Positions 9,300 through 19,096 of a stretch of 33,014 nucleotides of DNA are shown here, piece by piece. Under the pieces are notes generated by a model. The model did not search any database and was not told the origin of the DNA. It was given only the letters and a program-made list of their open reading frames with translations. The stretch's first letter is position 1. Each line of letters starts with the position of its first letter. The position numbers and the translations under genes are program-made. The stretch lies in the sequence record SRR22947727_3957, one strand, 5' to 3'.

Positions 9300-11081
9300 A
9301 TGTTAAAAATAATAGTATCTTTCCGCAATTTCATCCATATCCTCGGTAACCGAGTGTACCTAATGCTTTTCTTTGCGACTTTGGCTGCAGTAATGGAAAG
9401 TATTGGACTTATGGTATTCATCCCCATATTTGAGCTCCTCAATGAAGGTGCCACTCGTGACTTATCTATCCAAATTCTCCACTATCATTTTCAAGTAAGC
9501 TTATTACAACTTTTCATGGTAGTTGCATCACTCTTTATGTTTAAGGGTGTTTTTACATATTTTGCGCTTTCGTATATTGCCAAACTTAAGGGAGAGTATC
9601 TTTATCTTCTCAAAGGAGACTTAGTAACCAGTATTTCCAAAATGACATATGAAGGATATCTTGATACGTCCTCTGGAACTTTAGTTAATTTGATAAATGA
9701 GCAATGTAATAAGTCTATCTTAGCATTAGGTTTTTCATTAGATTTCGTCGCGCGATTTACAACGATCATTGTTTACTTAGTAGCATCAATCTATCTATCT
9801 ACGAGTACTACTTTTATTGTATGCATCAGTGGATTTTTTATATTTATGCTATTCAGATCTCTAAATCAAAAAGTACATAGAATCTCTGCTGCAGCTGCCC
9901 AAAAAAACAGTGAAACTGCTGTCATAACAGTTGAGGCGATACAATCGTTTAAATATTTATTAGCCACAAATCAAGTCGCCTTAATTTTCTCCAGAATGAT
10001 GCGGCGATTTTCATTACTCGGCCACTATCAAACTAAGCTTGGCCAGGCTTCTAGTATTGCGCAATCTGCCAAAGAACCACTAGCCGCATTGTTACTTATT
10101 ACTCTCATCGGAGCACAAACTATTTTCATGGGTGTGGGGGTATCAGAAATACTCGTAACATTAGCGCTATTTTATAAAATGATAAATAGTCTATTGGGTT
10201 TGCAGGTCATATTACAAAACGCGCTATCCAACATTACAAGTCAAGAGCTAGTTGTCGATGAACTAGAAAACCTAAAAAATAATCATCAACGAAATACAGT
10301 GGGAAAAAGTACAAATACCGCAGTTAAATTTAAAGACAATCTATTATTATCCAATGTATTTTATCGAATCAAGCCAGATACGTTACCTTTACTCCACGAC
10401 ATTAATTTAGAGATTAATAAGAATGACATAATCGGTATAATAGGAGAGTCTGGGTCTGGTAAGACAACATTAGTAAACATCCTAGCAGGAATTATAGAGC
10501 CAACTGGGGGCTTGATAGAGATTGATGGGAAACCAATTGCTAATGATTATTACGAACCTTGGGGTGATTGCATTGGTTATGTATCTCAAGAGTCAACACT
10601 TTTTGAAGGTACAATACTTCAAAATATCACAATGGATTTCGATGACGAATCCTCAGAACTACCCTCTGTCAAGCTTGAGGCAGTGTACGAGGCGGCTGAG
10701 CTGGCATCAGTAAACGATTTTATATTATCGTTGAAGGAAGGATATCTTACTCAGGTGGGTGAACGCGGGCTTAATCTGTCTGGAGGTCAAAGGCAACGTA
10801 TTTTGATCGCTAGGGAGTTGTTTAGACAGCCTAAATTGCTGATTTTAGATGAAGCTACCAGCGCTTTGGACTATGCAGTTGAAAGTGAAATTAGAAAATC
10901 AATTTTTGGACTACGAGGTAAAGTAACTATTGTAATAATTGCTCATGATTATTCTATGATTGAAGACGCAGACAAAATTATCGTTCTAAAATCTGGTAAA
11001 ATAGTCGAACAGGGAAACAGTTCCGATCTAATGCAGAACTCATCTACAGAGTTACATCGATTGATGAGCAACGCTAGCTAA
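9300..11081 (+). CDS. ABC transporter, fused TMD-NBD (PglK/Wzk/MsbA-like glycolipid flippase)
   Basis: N-terminal TM helices; GESGSGKT, LSGGQRQR, LILDEATSALD, IAH. Confidence 0.9.
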   Translation: MLKIIVSFRNFIHILGNRVYLMLFFATLAAVMESIGLMVFIPIFELLNEGATRDLSIQILHYHFQVSLLQLFMVVASLFMFKGVFTYFALSYIAKLKGEYLYLLKGDLVTSISKMTYEGYLDTSSGTLVNLINEQCNKSILALGFSLDFVARFTTIIVYLVASIYLSTSTTFIVCISGFFIFMLFRSLNQKVHRISAAAAQKNSETAVITVEAIQSFKYLLATNQVALIFSRMMRRFSLLGHYQTKLGQASSIAQSAKEPLAALLLITLIGAQTIFMGVGVSEILVTLALFYKMINSLLGLQVILQNALSNITSQELVVDELENLKNNHQRNTVGKSTNTAVKFKDNLLLSNVFYRIKPDTLPLLHDINLEINKNDIIGIIGESGSGKTTLVNILAGIIEPTGGLIEIDGKPIANDYYEPWGDCIGYVSQESTLFEGTILQNITMDFDDESSELPSVKLEAVYEAAELASVNDFILSLKEGYLTQVGERGLNLSGGQRQRILIARELFRQPKLLILDEATSALDYAVESEIRKSIFGLRGKVTIVIIAHDYSMIEDADKIIVLKSGKIVEQGNSSDLMQNSSTELHRLMSNAS

Positions 11082-11127
11082 ATTATTCAAATTCGTCAGA
11101 AATGACGTCAAATAAAAGGTTCAGAGT

Positions 11128-11790
11128 ATGCCAAAAATACGCAAATATGACGTGGATCGTGCTTCCCTATCATTAGCAAACTCGGCAAATCTGCGATTTG
11201 TCAGCTCAAACTTTGCCCAATTCGAATGGTTTATATTTTTTGGTACCTTACTTGGAGTCATAAGAGAGGGGCAGTTGATAAAAGGCGATGACGATATTGA
11301 TATTTACGTCGCAAAGCAACACCGAGATGAAGTATCAAAGCTTTTGGTAGATTTGGGGTGTACTATCACCGATGATAGATGCCCATATTTTCTTCAAGTT
11401 ACACGAGAAGAGAATGACAACCTTGGCTTCATTGATATTTACTTTTATGACGTCAATGCTGTGAGGCTCGAGGAGAGGTATAACTTCACAGGTAACTGGG
11501 CACGTCCAGAATATGCTCTACACATACCGCTTGAACTAATTTTTCCGCTGCAAACAACAAGCGTCGAAAATGTAGATGTTTTTATACCAAATTGGCCACG
11601 TGCTTGTTTGGAATATTTATACGGACGACATTGGAAAATTCCACTTGCAAAAAAACTCCAGTACAAAGTGGATATCGTCGATAATGTGCCAGCTCTCCGT
11701 CCAACGACTAATAAAGAAAAATTTCAATTCATTTATAAGAAGAGATTTAGACCATTTCTGAAAAAACTTATCAATAGAATGCAGTCATGA
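11128..11790 (+). CDS. LicD family phosphotransferase
   Basis: FGTLLGVIREG...DDDIDI, IDIY, IFPL, LEYLYG..WKIP. Confidence 0.88.
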   Translation: MPKIRKYDVDRASLSLANSANLRFVSSNFAQFEWFIFFGTLLGVIREGQLIKGDDDIDIYVAKQHRDEVSKLLVDLGCTITDDRCPYFLQVTREENDNLGFIDIYFYDVNAVRLEERYNFTGNWARPEYALHIPLELIFPLQTTSVENVDVFIPNWPRACLEYLYGRHWKIPLAKKLQYKVDIVDNVPALRPTTNKEKFQFIYKKRFRPFLKKLINRMQS

Positions 11791-12761
11791 AAGTTTCTGT
11801 TGCGATGGCCACATATAATGGAATGCAATACGTTTCAGATCAACTGCTATCCATCATAGGACAAACGCGGCAGCCTGATGAGATTATCATAGTTGATGAT
11901 GCGTCTACTGATGGCACGGTGAGGGTACTTTCTGATTTATGCAAACAGACTCAAATTGACATCAAGTTGCTTGTTAACAGTACTAATTCGGGGGTGTGCA
12001 CAACATTTAGCCGTGCACTTAGTCAATGTTCAGGTGATATTATATTCTTATCTGATCAGGACGATTTCTGGTATCCGATGAAAATTCAAAAAATGCTTGA
12101 TGTTATGACATTAGATCAATCTTTAGGTTGTTGTATATGTGATGTCGACTTGTCAGACGAATGCCTCCGGCCACTAGGTTTGACGATGAACGAAAGCGTT
12201 TTAAAACGCGGACGTCGATTGGACGATCGTGTGATGGGTGCTGCAGCATGCTTTAGATCAAGTCTTATAAACTTGGCCACGCCGATACCTCAGCATGTAC
12301 ACTCTCACGATAAATGGCTAGTGACGATTGCAAACCATCTTGACTGCAAAAAATTACTTCATGTTTCATATCAACGATATCGGTTACATGAAAAAAACGT
12401 TGTTGGAAACGCAAGAAATCTAACAGCAAAATCGCGAGTATCCACCGCAATCAAGCGTAGCAAGCGTCTACTGAATAGATCAGCAAGGGGTATAGATCTT
12501 CGCCAAGACCTCGCAATGTTGTCGGCAGTTTCACATCTGTTTACAATTAAATCATTTGAAAATGATAACGAGCTTCTAAAAGGAATTAAGAAAGCGCTTC
12601 CAGTAGTTGGAAAACAACTCGGCCTACTTGAAGCAAGGGTCTCATTGCAGAACCTTTCATTATTGGCGCGCACTCATAGTATATTAAAACTCAAGATATT
12701 AAATAGTGCTGACTATTCGTGGTCGAAAATGCTGCAAGATATTGTAAGTGGAGGGAATTAA
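11787..12761 (+). CDS. Glycosyltransferase family 2
   Basis: VSVAMATYNG, VDDASTDGT, LSDQDDFW, HDKW, YRLH..NVVG. Confidence 0.92.
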   Translation: MKVSVAMATYNGMQYVSDQLLSIIGQTRQPDEIIIVDDASTDGTVRVLSDLCKQTQIDIKLLVNSTNSGVCTTFSRALSQCSGDIIFLSDQDDFWYPMKIQKMLDVMTLDQSLGCCICDVDLSDECLRPLGLTMNESVLKRGRRLDDRVMGAAACFRSSLINLATPIPQHVHSHDKWLVTIANHLDCKKLLHVSYQRYRLHEKNVVGNARNLTAKSRVSTAIKRSKRLLNRSARGIDLRQDLAMLSAVSHLFTIKSFENDNELLKGIKKALPVVGKQLGLLEARVSLQNLSLLARTHSILKLKILNSADYSWSKMLQDIVSGGN

Positions 12762-14279
12762 ATGTTATACGAGCATAACGTAAGGATTAGCCCGCTTCAC
12801 CTCGAAAGCGTAGCTACTGGACATGATCCTCTGTACTATTATATAAATCACCAATCTCAAACAATAGTGTATTCAGATGAAGTTGCAAAACTTATCGAGC
12901 ATTTCCAGCAACAAAGTTCACTTAAAGTTTCAAAAGATAGTTTATCTTTCTTACTGCAGTCAGGCCTCATTCCAACCCCAAATACCATTTATACAGACAT
13001 TTTTGTTCTTGGGATTGGTGACAGTATATATGCGGAATATATCGATCACAATGTGGCTCTGACTCATCACCATCGCTTTCCTTATGAAAAGAATAAACGT
13101 GGAAACCTAAAGGCAACAGAACAAGTTATTGAGGATGTATTTAGAGAAATTGCTGCTTTCACTAAAAGCAGAGTTGATCGAGAAAAACCTACGTTTATGT
13201 TTCACAGTGCTGGCAAAGATAGTAACTCGATTGCATATTCTTTATTCCATCATGCACCTGAAATACGACCGACTCTCGTCACATTACGCTCCGATTTAGT
13301 AAAAGATGAGACGCATATCAGTCGTAAAGTTGCCAATGACCTCAATTATAAACATATCGTGGTTGATGAAAATGTGCGAGCACTAGATAGCTATCGCTCT
13401 AGACGGTTACAGGATTTCTTCAGAGACATGGTGTTTCCTAATTGTGACGCAGTTTTATTATCTTACGTTGATATTTTAGAAGACATACCTGAAATACGTG
13501 GTGCAAACATTATCGACGGCATGGGAAATGATATCTACATCGGACACATTTCAGGTTTTAAAGAGCTAATTGGACAGGCAATATCATTTTTATTGCAGCC
13601 TGTTATCCCAGTTTTAAGACAAGTCGTATTACCTGAAAGCCCAGTACGAGCGTTCACGCGAACCCGTGCCGAATGGGTTGGGATGTATGGATTCTCAGAC
13701 CAGGACGCTCAAGATTTACTCGGTCACGAAAAAAACGTCTATAATTACTGGAAGAAACATTCTAAATGGAATGTTAATTATATTGATTTCAGAGCGAACA
13801 TTCGTGGATGCCAGCTGGACCAGGATGTTTTTGTTGGAAAGGTCCGAGCCTTTTCGCATGCAAGTAATGCAAAAGCTGTATTTCCCTGGATGTCCGAAAA
13901 AGTGACAGCATCTATAATGAAAATCAAACCATTCTATTTATATGACAGGCTACGAAGAAAAAATAAGTTAATTTTACGTACTTTCCTTAGAAAGCATCTC
14001 AATCTTGATAGCGAGGCAATAGGCAAGGTTCCATTTTCATTTAATACCCCTAAGTTTGTAGATAATAATCTTGCAAAGATACGAGATGAAATTGTATTAT
14101 GTCCACTATGGAAACAAGATAACACCCAAAAGGTTCTAGACCGTCTAATAAATAGCTTTTCAAGACAAAACCGAAGAAGTAGACGTGCCAAGCAACTGAT
14201 TTTTCGATTGTATCTGATAACTATGTGGTTAAATTATAGCAAATATTCACCCCACAGGATCAGCAAAAATGAAAAATAG
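12762..14279 (+). CDS. Asparagine-synthetase-like adenylating amide ligase lacking N-terminal Cys
   Basis: DPLYY, PNTIY, PP-loop variant HSAGKDS, IIDGMGND, FPW, KLILR, K.PF. The N-terminus MLYE lacks Cys2. Confidence 0.7.
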   Translation: MLYEHNVRISPLHLESVATGHDPLYYYINHQSQTIVYSDEVAKLIEHFQQQSSLKVSKDSLSFLLQSGLIPTPNTIYTDIFVLGIGDSIYAEYIDHNVALTHHHRFPYEKNKRGNLKATEQVIEDVFREIAAFTKSRVDREKPTFMFHSAGKDSNSIAYSLFHHAPEIRPTLVTLRSDLVKDETHISRKVANDLNYKHIVVDENVRALDSYRSRRLQDFFRDMVFPNCDAVLLSYVDILEDIPEIRGANIIDGMGNDIYIGHISGFKELIGQAISFLLQPVIPVLRQVVLPESPVRAFTRTRAEWVGMYGFSDQDAQDLLGHEKNVYNYWKKHSKWNVNYIDFRANIRGCQLDQDVFVGKVRAFSHASNAKAVFPWMSEKVTASIMKIKPFYLYDRLRRKNKLILRTFLRKHLNLDSEAIGKVPFSFNTPKFVDNNLAKIRDEIVLCPLWKQDNTQKVLDRLINSFSRQNRRSRRAKQLIFRLYLITMWLNYSKYSPHRISKNEK

Positions 14280-15126
14280 CACCGGATGCTTATTTGTTGC
14301 CTTTGGAGAAGCGCATCTTGTGCTTAGTCTTGTAGCGATCCGCTCTCTTAAAGAAAAAAATAGTGACTTATCTGTCCAATTGATAACAAACATAGACATA
14401 AAATTGGACAGTTTTGATTTTTGGGATAGTGATCGTGATTTTTTAACCAATTTAATTATGGACACAGATAAAAATAGACTGATCAAAACCAATTTGATAG
14501 AATATACCGTATTTGAGAAAACACTGTTTATTGATTCAGATGCTTTGATCAACGGAAATATTGGCAAAATTTTTGAGTTTTCTGAAAAATTTGATTTAGG
14601 TATTAAACTTAATTGGCGCCCGCAAACTATTGCAGAAAAGTCTTATTACGAAATTTCTAATAGTTTAAGCGTTGGAGATTTTTCTCATTGGAATAGTGGC
14701 GTGTTGCTCTTTAATAAAAATGACTCAATAAGGTCATTTTTTACAAAATGGCAGGAAAACTTTATTGAGATGGACTCACCATTTGACCAACCAAGTCTAG
14801 CTAAAACGCTATACTACATGCCAGAATTGAAATTTATTTCATTAGATGAGCGTTGGAACTCATCAGGACCAGTATTAAATAGGAAAAAGTGGTCACAATG
14901 GGTGAAAATTTTTCACTATACTAATATGATTACACCTCAAGTATTCAGTGAAATAAAAAAAATAGAACCTGATTTACATTTACAAAACATCAAAACGGAT
15001 AAGGCAGTTAGCCTCTTGAAAGCACGAATTGAGCGCCGCCGTAAAAGACTTGGTTTGTTTAGAAATGTTCTTATTTCTTCTTTGTTACGACTCAATAGCC
15101 TAAACAACAAAAAATTAATTTCCTAG
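14269..15126 (+). CDS. GT-A fold glycosyltransferase (GT8-like)
   Basis: FEKTLFIDSD, WNSGVLLF, DQPSL, ERWN, IFHY. Confidence 0.8.
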   Translation: MKNSTGCLFVAFGEAHLVLSLVAIRSLKEKNSDLSVQLITNIDIKLDSFDFWDSDRDFLTNLIMDTDKNRLIKTNLIEYTVFEKTLFIDSDALINGNIGKIFEFSEKFDLGIKLNWRPQTIAEKSYYEISNSLSVGDFSHWNSGVLLFNKNDSIRSFFTKWQENFIEMDSPFDQPSLAKTLYYMPELKFISLDERWNSSGPVLNRKKWSQWVKIFHYTNMITPQVFSEIKKIEPDLHLQNIKTDKAVSLLKARIERRRKRLGLFRNVLISSLLRLNSLNNKKLIS

Positions 15127-15134
15127 TTAACGAT

Positions 15135-15812
15135 ATGTTTATAGAATTTTTCGGGTTCCCCGCGTCAGGAAAATCAAGTGCTGCAGAGCTTCTCACAATG
15201 GAAGTCGGAAATCTGCAACAGACAGCATTTTTGTATTCTCATGGTAAATGTATTTCCGCAAACGATAATTTACAATCTGCCAAAAGTTCAGTCGCAATTA
15301 ACAATCAGCATCGCTCCGAAGTCTTTGCGAAACTTAATTTATTTTTAATCATTTTTTCAAAAATAATACTTGGCCCTGTTGATCCTTTTAATAAAATGCG
15401 GTTCATTAAGCGATTAATCATTTTATTTTTGGCGTTAGGAAAATCGAGGAACAAAATTATAATTTGTGATGAGGGTTTTTTGCAACTTTATATTTCGGCA
15501 CAGATGCCACCAAAAAAATCTCTGGATTTAGATTCTATTAAGGTAGATTTTGACGCAATATTTAAATTAGTTTCGCATATTGTGGTTGTAGGTTGCAAAG
15601 AGGATGTTATCAAAAAAAGACTAAGTGAGCGCGTTCTGGATCACAGTAGGTCGAAGACGTGGGGCGCCGAACTCACTAGCATTTGTTTGCGTGAATACGA
15701 ACGGACGATAACACGCATCACACAGACCTATACGCATCAGGCTACTTACATTGAGGAGGAGAAGACTCTTACCTGCGATATGATCAGAAACATACTGTCA
15801 AAACGGAAATGA
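15135..15812 (+). CDS. P-loop NTPase / nucleoside-monophosphate-kinase-like protein
   Basis: FIEFFGFPASGKSS Walker A, IIICDEG, lid-like KRLSER. Confidence 0.7.
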   Translation: MFIEFFGFPASGKSSAAELLTMEVGNLQQTAFLYSHGKCISANDNLQSAKSSVAINNQHRSEVFAKLNLFLIIFSKIILGPVDPFNKMRFIKRLIILFLALGKSRNKIIICDEGFLQLYISAQMPPKKSLDLDSIKVDFDAIFKLVSHIVVVGCKEDVIKKRLSERVLDHSRSKTWGAELTSICLREYERTITRITQTYTHQATYIEEEKTLTCDMIRNILSKRK

Positions 15813-16948
15813 AAATTACTTTCGTATCTCACAGCAGCAGTCTGCTCGGTGCCTCCAGAAGTATTTTGCCGATCATTGGTGAATGCAAAAGGCAGGGCAT
15901 GACGGTAGAGGTTTTATCTCATGGACGGGGCCCGTTTGTTTTAAAAATAGCGAACTTGGGACTGAATACGCGAATATTATTGGAGAAAAGATCAAAAATT
16001 TCGTGGCTGCGAAACATATTAAGGTTTCTATTTATTCTACCAAATTTTGCATTAATACTTTGGCAGTTATCAATATCTCGGCCAGATTTGTTGTACGTAA
16101 ACACAATTGATAAAGCGCTACCAGTACTGTCGGCAAGACTACTCCGAATACCATGTGTTGTGCATGTGAGGGAGGGTGATGACTATATTCATTCAAAAAA
16201 TTTATTTCGTAAAATGTTGTCCAAGATCATTTTTGATTCCGCACACCATTTTATATGTGTTTCTCAAGAAACGACGCGGAGCGTTAAAAAGGTTCTTTCT
16301 CGCAAAAAAAACTCAAGTAAATGTATTTGCGTTTATAACGGGATCAGCTTGGATCATAATGCAATGGATGATTTTAGAGTTCAACGTTATGAAGATATTG
16401 ATGCAGTACGAATTGGTTTCGTAGGTGGCGGATCTCACAGGAAAAGGTTAGATATTTTTTTAGAGGGGCTAGCGCTCGCTCAAAAACGCGATAAAACCAT
16501 ACACGGCATTGTCGTGGGCCCTACCGCGAAGGAGTTTGATGATGCCCTCAAATCGATTGATGAAAATTGTCAAGAAGACCTAAATGTCCAACATTTTGAC
16601 TTTCAAGAAAATATACACGGCATCATGTCGAGCCTTGACATCTTGTGCCTCACTTCCGATGTCGAAGCATTTGGAAGAGTAATAATAGAGGCAGCGCTAT
16701 TCAATGTGCCAGTCATCGCAAGTGATGTGTCAGGACCGTCAGAGATCATATTAAATAATGTGTCAGGGTTACTTTTTAGTCGAGGTAACGCTTCCGACCT
16801 GGCCAAACAGATGATAACATTATCGGAACATCCTGAATTGCGTAGAGAATTTAGGCAAGCTATGAAAACAAGGGCCGTAATGTTGTTCTCAGAAGAAAAG
16901 TACGTTGCACAATGTATAAATGAAATACAGATTTATGGATCAGTCTAA
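15809..16948 (+). CDS. Glycosyltransferase family 4
   Basis: LGASRS, YVNT, HVRE, VYNG, EAFGRVIIEA (EX7E), PVIASDVSG. Confidence 0.92.
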   Translation: MKITFVSHSSSLLGASRSILPIIGECKRQGMTVEVLSHGRGPFVLKIANLGLNTRILLEKRSKISWLRNILRFLFILPNFALILWQLSISRPDLLYVNTIDKALPVLSARLLRIPCVVHVREGDDYIHSKNLFRKMLSKIIFDSAHHFICVSQETTRSVKKVLSRKKNSSKCICVYNGISLDHNAMDDFRVQRYEDIDAVRIGFVGGGSHRKRLDIFLEGLALAQKRDKTIHGIVVGPTAKEFDDALKSIDENCQEDLNVQHFDFQENIHGIMSSLDILCLTSDVEAFGRVIIEAALFNVPVIASDVSGPSEIILNNVSGLLFSRGNASDLAKQMITLSEHPELRREFRQAMKTRAVMLFSEEKYVAQCINEIQIYGSV

Positions 16949-18113
16949 ACCTCGCAATCTGTCTGAGACTAAAATTGTAATACCCTTGAAAGCATTGCTT
17001 CCTTGTATCTCTTATTGGGATCTCCTAGTTATGAATGTTTTACAACTAGAAAATCTTTATATTGGAACAGCAGCGGTCTCTATTCTGGGATTTTGGGGAT
17101 TTTTGAAAAATGGCTTCATATTGCGATCGAATGTTATTTTAGCTGTATCACTATTAATTACGCCATCAATAGCTGGGTATATGTATTATGGCACTAGCTT
17201 CCAGGCTATATTTAGTTTGTTTATAGCCATAGGAATAGCATTTTATGTGAATTACTTTATTACCTATAAAGTACTTGTATATGTTATTTACTTGATCTCC
17301 AATACAGCATCACTGCTTTCAATAATGTTGGTTGTTCTCTATCCAATATTAGAGGAGGAGGGCAGACTCTTTTTAGTAAATAACGAACCCTCGCATATTG
17401 CAATAGCACTCATTGGACCATTATTTTACTTGGCTTATAACAGGCATTTTGTCCGTATGCTTCCGATAGTAATCGCAATTTTGATGACGCAGTCGTTATC
17501 TGTATTCTTAGCTGGATTTATTTTTATTCTATTTTTTGAAGATCCTAGGAAAAATAATATAATAAAAAGAAATCTTAAAAAGGCTATTTTCTTGTTGGTA
17601 ATTTTTTATTTGGCAACAGTGATCCCAGCTGTAGCTTGGAGGCTGTATAGCTTCAGTACACTCTGGCTTAGCTTTTCGTTTAGTAATATCAACGGTACTT
17701 TTTTTTCGTTCTTATCGCACGCTATGACTTACCCAATATTAATCGGACCAAACTATACAATAGGCTTGGGGTTTTTTAATTATCAAGAATTCTTACACCA
17801 ACCTGAAATACTGGAATTTTATTCAAAAAACCCCGTATTTCAAAACCGTTTAACTAATGAGTACGGCGGTCATTCTATGCTTTTACGGACAGTAAACGAA
17901 TTGAGTATTTTTGTAATCCCCCTGCTTTATAATATCGGTTTTAGGTTGGTGAAAATATTCAAAAACAAAGATTTTGCAATCTTTTCGTTTTTGACAGTGC
18001 TGATTTTGTCACGTTGCTTGAAGTTAGCTGGATATTTTGATTTTGGGTTTTTATTTTTCGTGCTTGCTGTCTTCGTGGTTCAGATGAAGGCGACTCCAAA
18101 GAATAGCCGCTAG
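16920..18113 (+). CDS. Polytopic membrane protein, Wzy polymerase / O-antigen ligase-like
   Basis: Many hydrophobic segments, R...NEPSH motif, and a larger loop ending GLG...HSMLLRTVNE. AT-rich and located among GT genes. Confidence 0.65.
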   Translation: MKYRFMDQSKPRNLSETKIVIPLKALLPCISYWDLLVMNVLQLENLYIGTAAVSILGFWGFLKNGFILRSNVILAVSLLITPSIAGYMYYGTSFQAIFSLFIAIGIAFYVNYFITYKVLVYVIYLISNTASLLSIMLVVLYPILEEEGRLFLVNNEPSHIAIALIGPLFYLAYNRHFVRMLPIVIAILMTQSLSVFLAGFIFILFFEDPRKNNIIKRNLKKAIFLLVIFYLATVIPAVAWRLYSFSTLWLSFSFSNINGTFFSFLSHAMTYPILIGPNYTIGLGFFNYQEFLHQPEILEFYSKNPVFQNRLTNEYGGHSMLLRTVNELSIFVIPLLYNIGFRLVKIFKNKDFAIFSFLTVLILSRCLKLAGYFDFGFLFFVLAVFVVQMKATPKNSR

Positions 18114-18179
18114 TAATGACCTACAGATGCATGATATATAAATTGAAAACCAGATTTTTTAATCGAACTATGAAAAAAG

Positions 18180-19010
18180 GTGAATGAAATGCGGTTGGAA
18201 GACGTTATAAGCAAAGAATGGCTTGACACAAACAAATTGCGGAACGCGTACGTTCACGATAATCCATTTCCCAGTATTATAATGGAGAATTTTCTGAAGC
18301 CCGAGCTGTTGAAGAAAGTTGTGGCAGAGTTTCCTGATCTATCTAAGCTTGGTGAGAACGAAGTGATTAGGTTTAATAATTCAAGAGAGATCAAATTTGC
18401 TGGTAGGGGGATGCGTGTTCTGTCCCCGGCAGCTTTAGATTTGAATGGCTATCTGCAGTCGGATTTATTCTTGGGTTGGTTGAATGCTGTTACTGGGATC
18501 GAAGAGCCCCTCATAGCGGATCCTTATCTAGCAGGGGGTGGGTATCACGAAATTAAGCGCGGTGGGCTCCTTAAAATACATGCTGATTTCAACAAACATC
18601 CGAAGCTGGATTTAGATAGACGACTTAATCTAATAATTTATTTAAATGAAGATTGGGACCCAAGTTGGGGTGGAGGATTGCAGCTGTTCGACGAAAATAT
18701 GGATGCACCCGTAAAAACAGTTGTGCCCAACTTTAACACAGCAATATTGTTTTCTACGACGTCTTTTACTTTTCACGGTCATCCGGATCCTATCACATGT
18801 CCAGAAAATCGTTCTAGGCGGTCTTTGGCTTACTACTATTTTTCTACTGGGCGTCCTGACTCTGAGACGTCTGCCGAAAAACACAGTACTTTGTTTAAGG
18901 AGCGCTTAGGAGAGTCATTTAACACTAGTCTGAACTGGAAATCTTTAATAAAGGATTTTATTCCACCAGTGTTGATCAAGTGTGTGAGAAGTTTTTCTCG
19001 TAAGTTCTGA
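18180..19010 (+). CDS. 2OG-Fe(II) oxygenase family protein
   Basis: PFP..IMENFL, GGGYH, HAD (HxD), LNLIIYLN..W...WGG.LQL, HGHP, RRSLAYYY. Confidence 0.9.
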   Translation: MNEMRLEDVISKEWLDTNKLRNAYVHDNPFPSIIMENFLKPELLKKVVAEFPDLSKLGENEVIRFNNSREIKFAGRGMRVLSPAALDLNGYLQSDLFLGWLNAVTGIEEPLIADPYLAGGGYHEIKRGGLLKIHADFNKHPKLDLDRRLNLIIYLNEDWDPSWGGGLQLFDENMDAPVKTVVPNFNTAILFSTTSFTFHGHPDPITCPENRSRRSLAYYYFSTGRPDSETSAEKHSTLFKERLGESFNTSLNWKSLIKDFIPPVLIKCVRSFSRKF

Positions 19011-19096
19011 TATATTTTTAGGCACAGAAAAGTATTGCATTAACTACTTTAGTAAAACTGCATCCACATATTCAATAAGAGGAACTTGAGTCAGTT

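Noticed and set aside
12762-15812. Lasso peptide cluster (Asn-synthetase-like cyclase, kinase, ABC exporter)
   Set aside because: No precursor peptide, RRE or transglutaminase-like leader peptidase seen; flanked by glycosyltransferases.
339-17706. Phase-variable homopolymers (C7 at 339-345, A8 at 6037-6044 and 16304-16311, T8 at 17699-17706)
   Set aside because: Tracts are short, expected in AT-rich DNA, and the affected genes are in frame.
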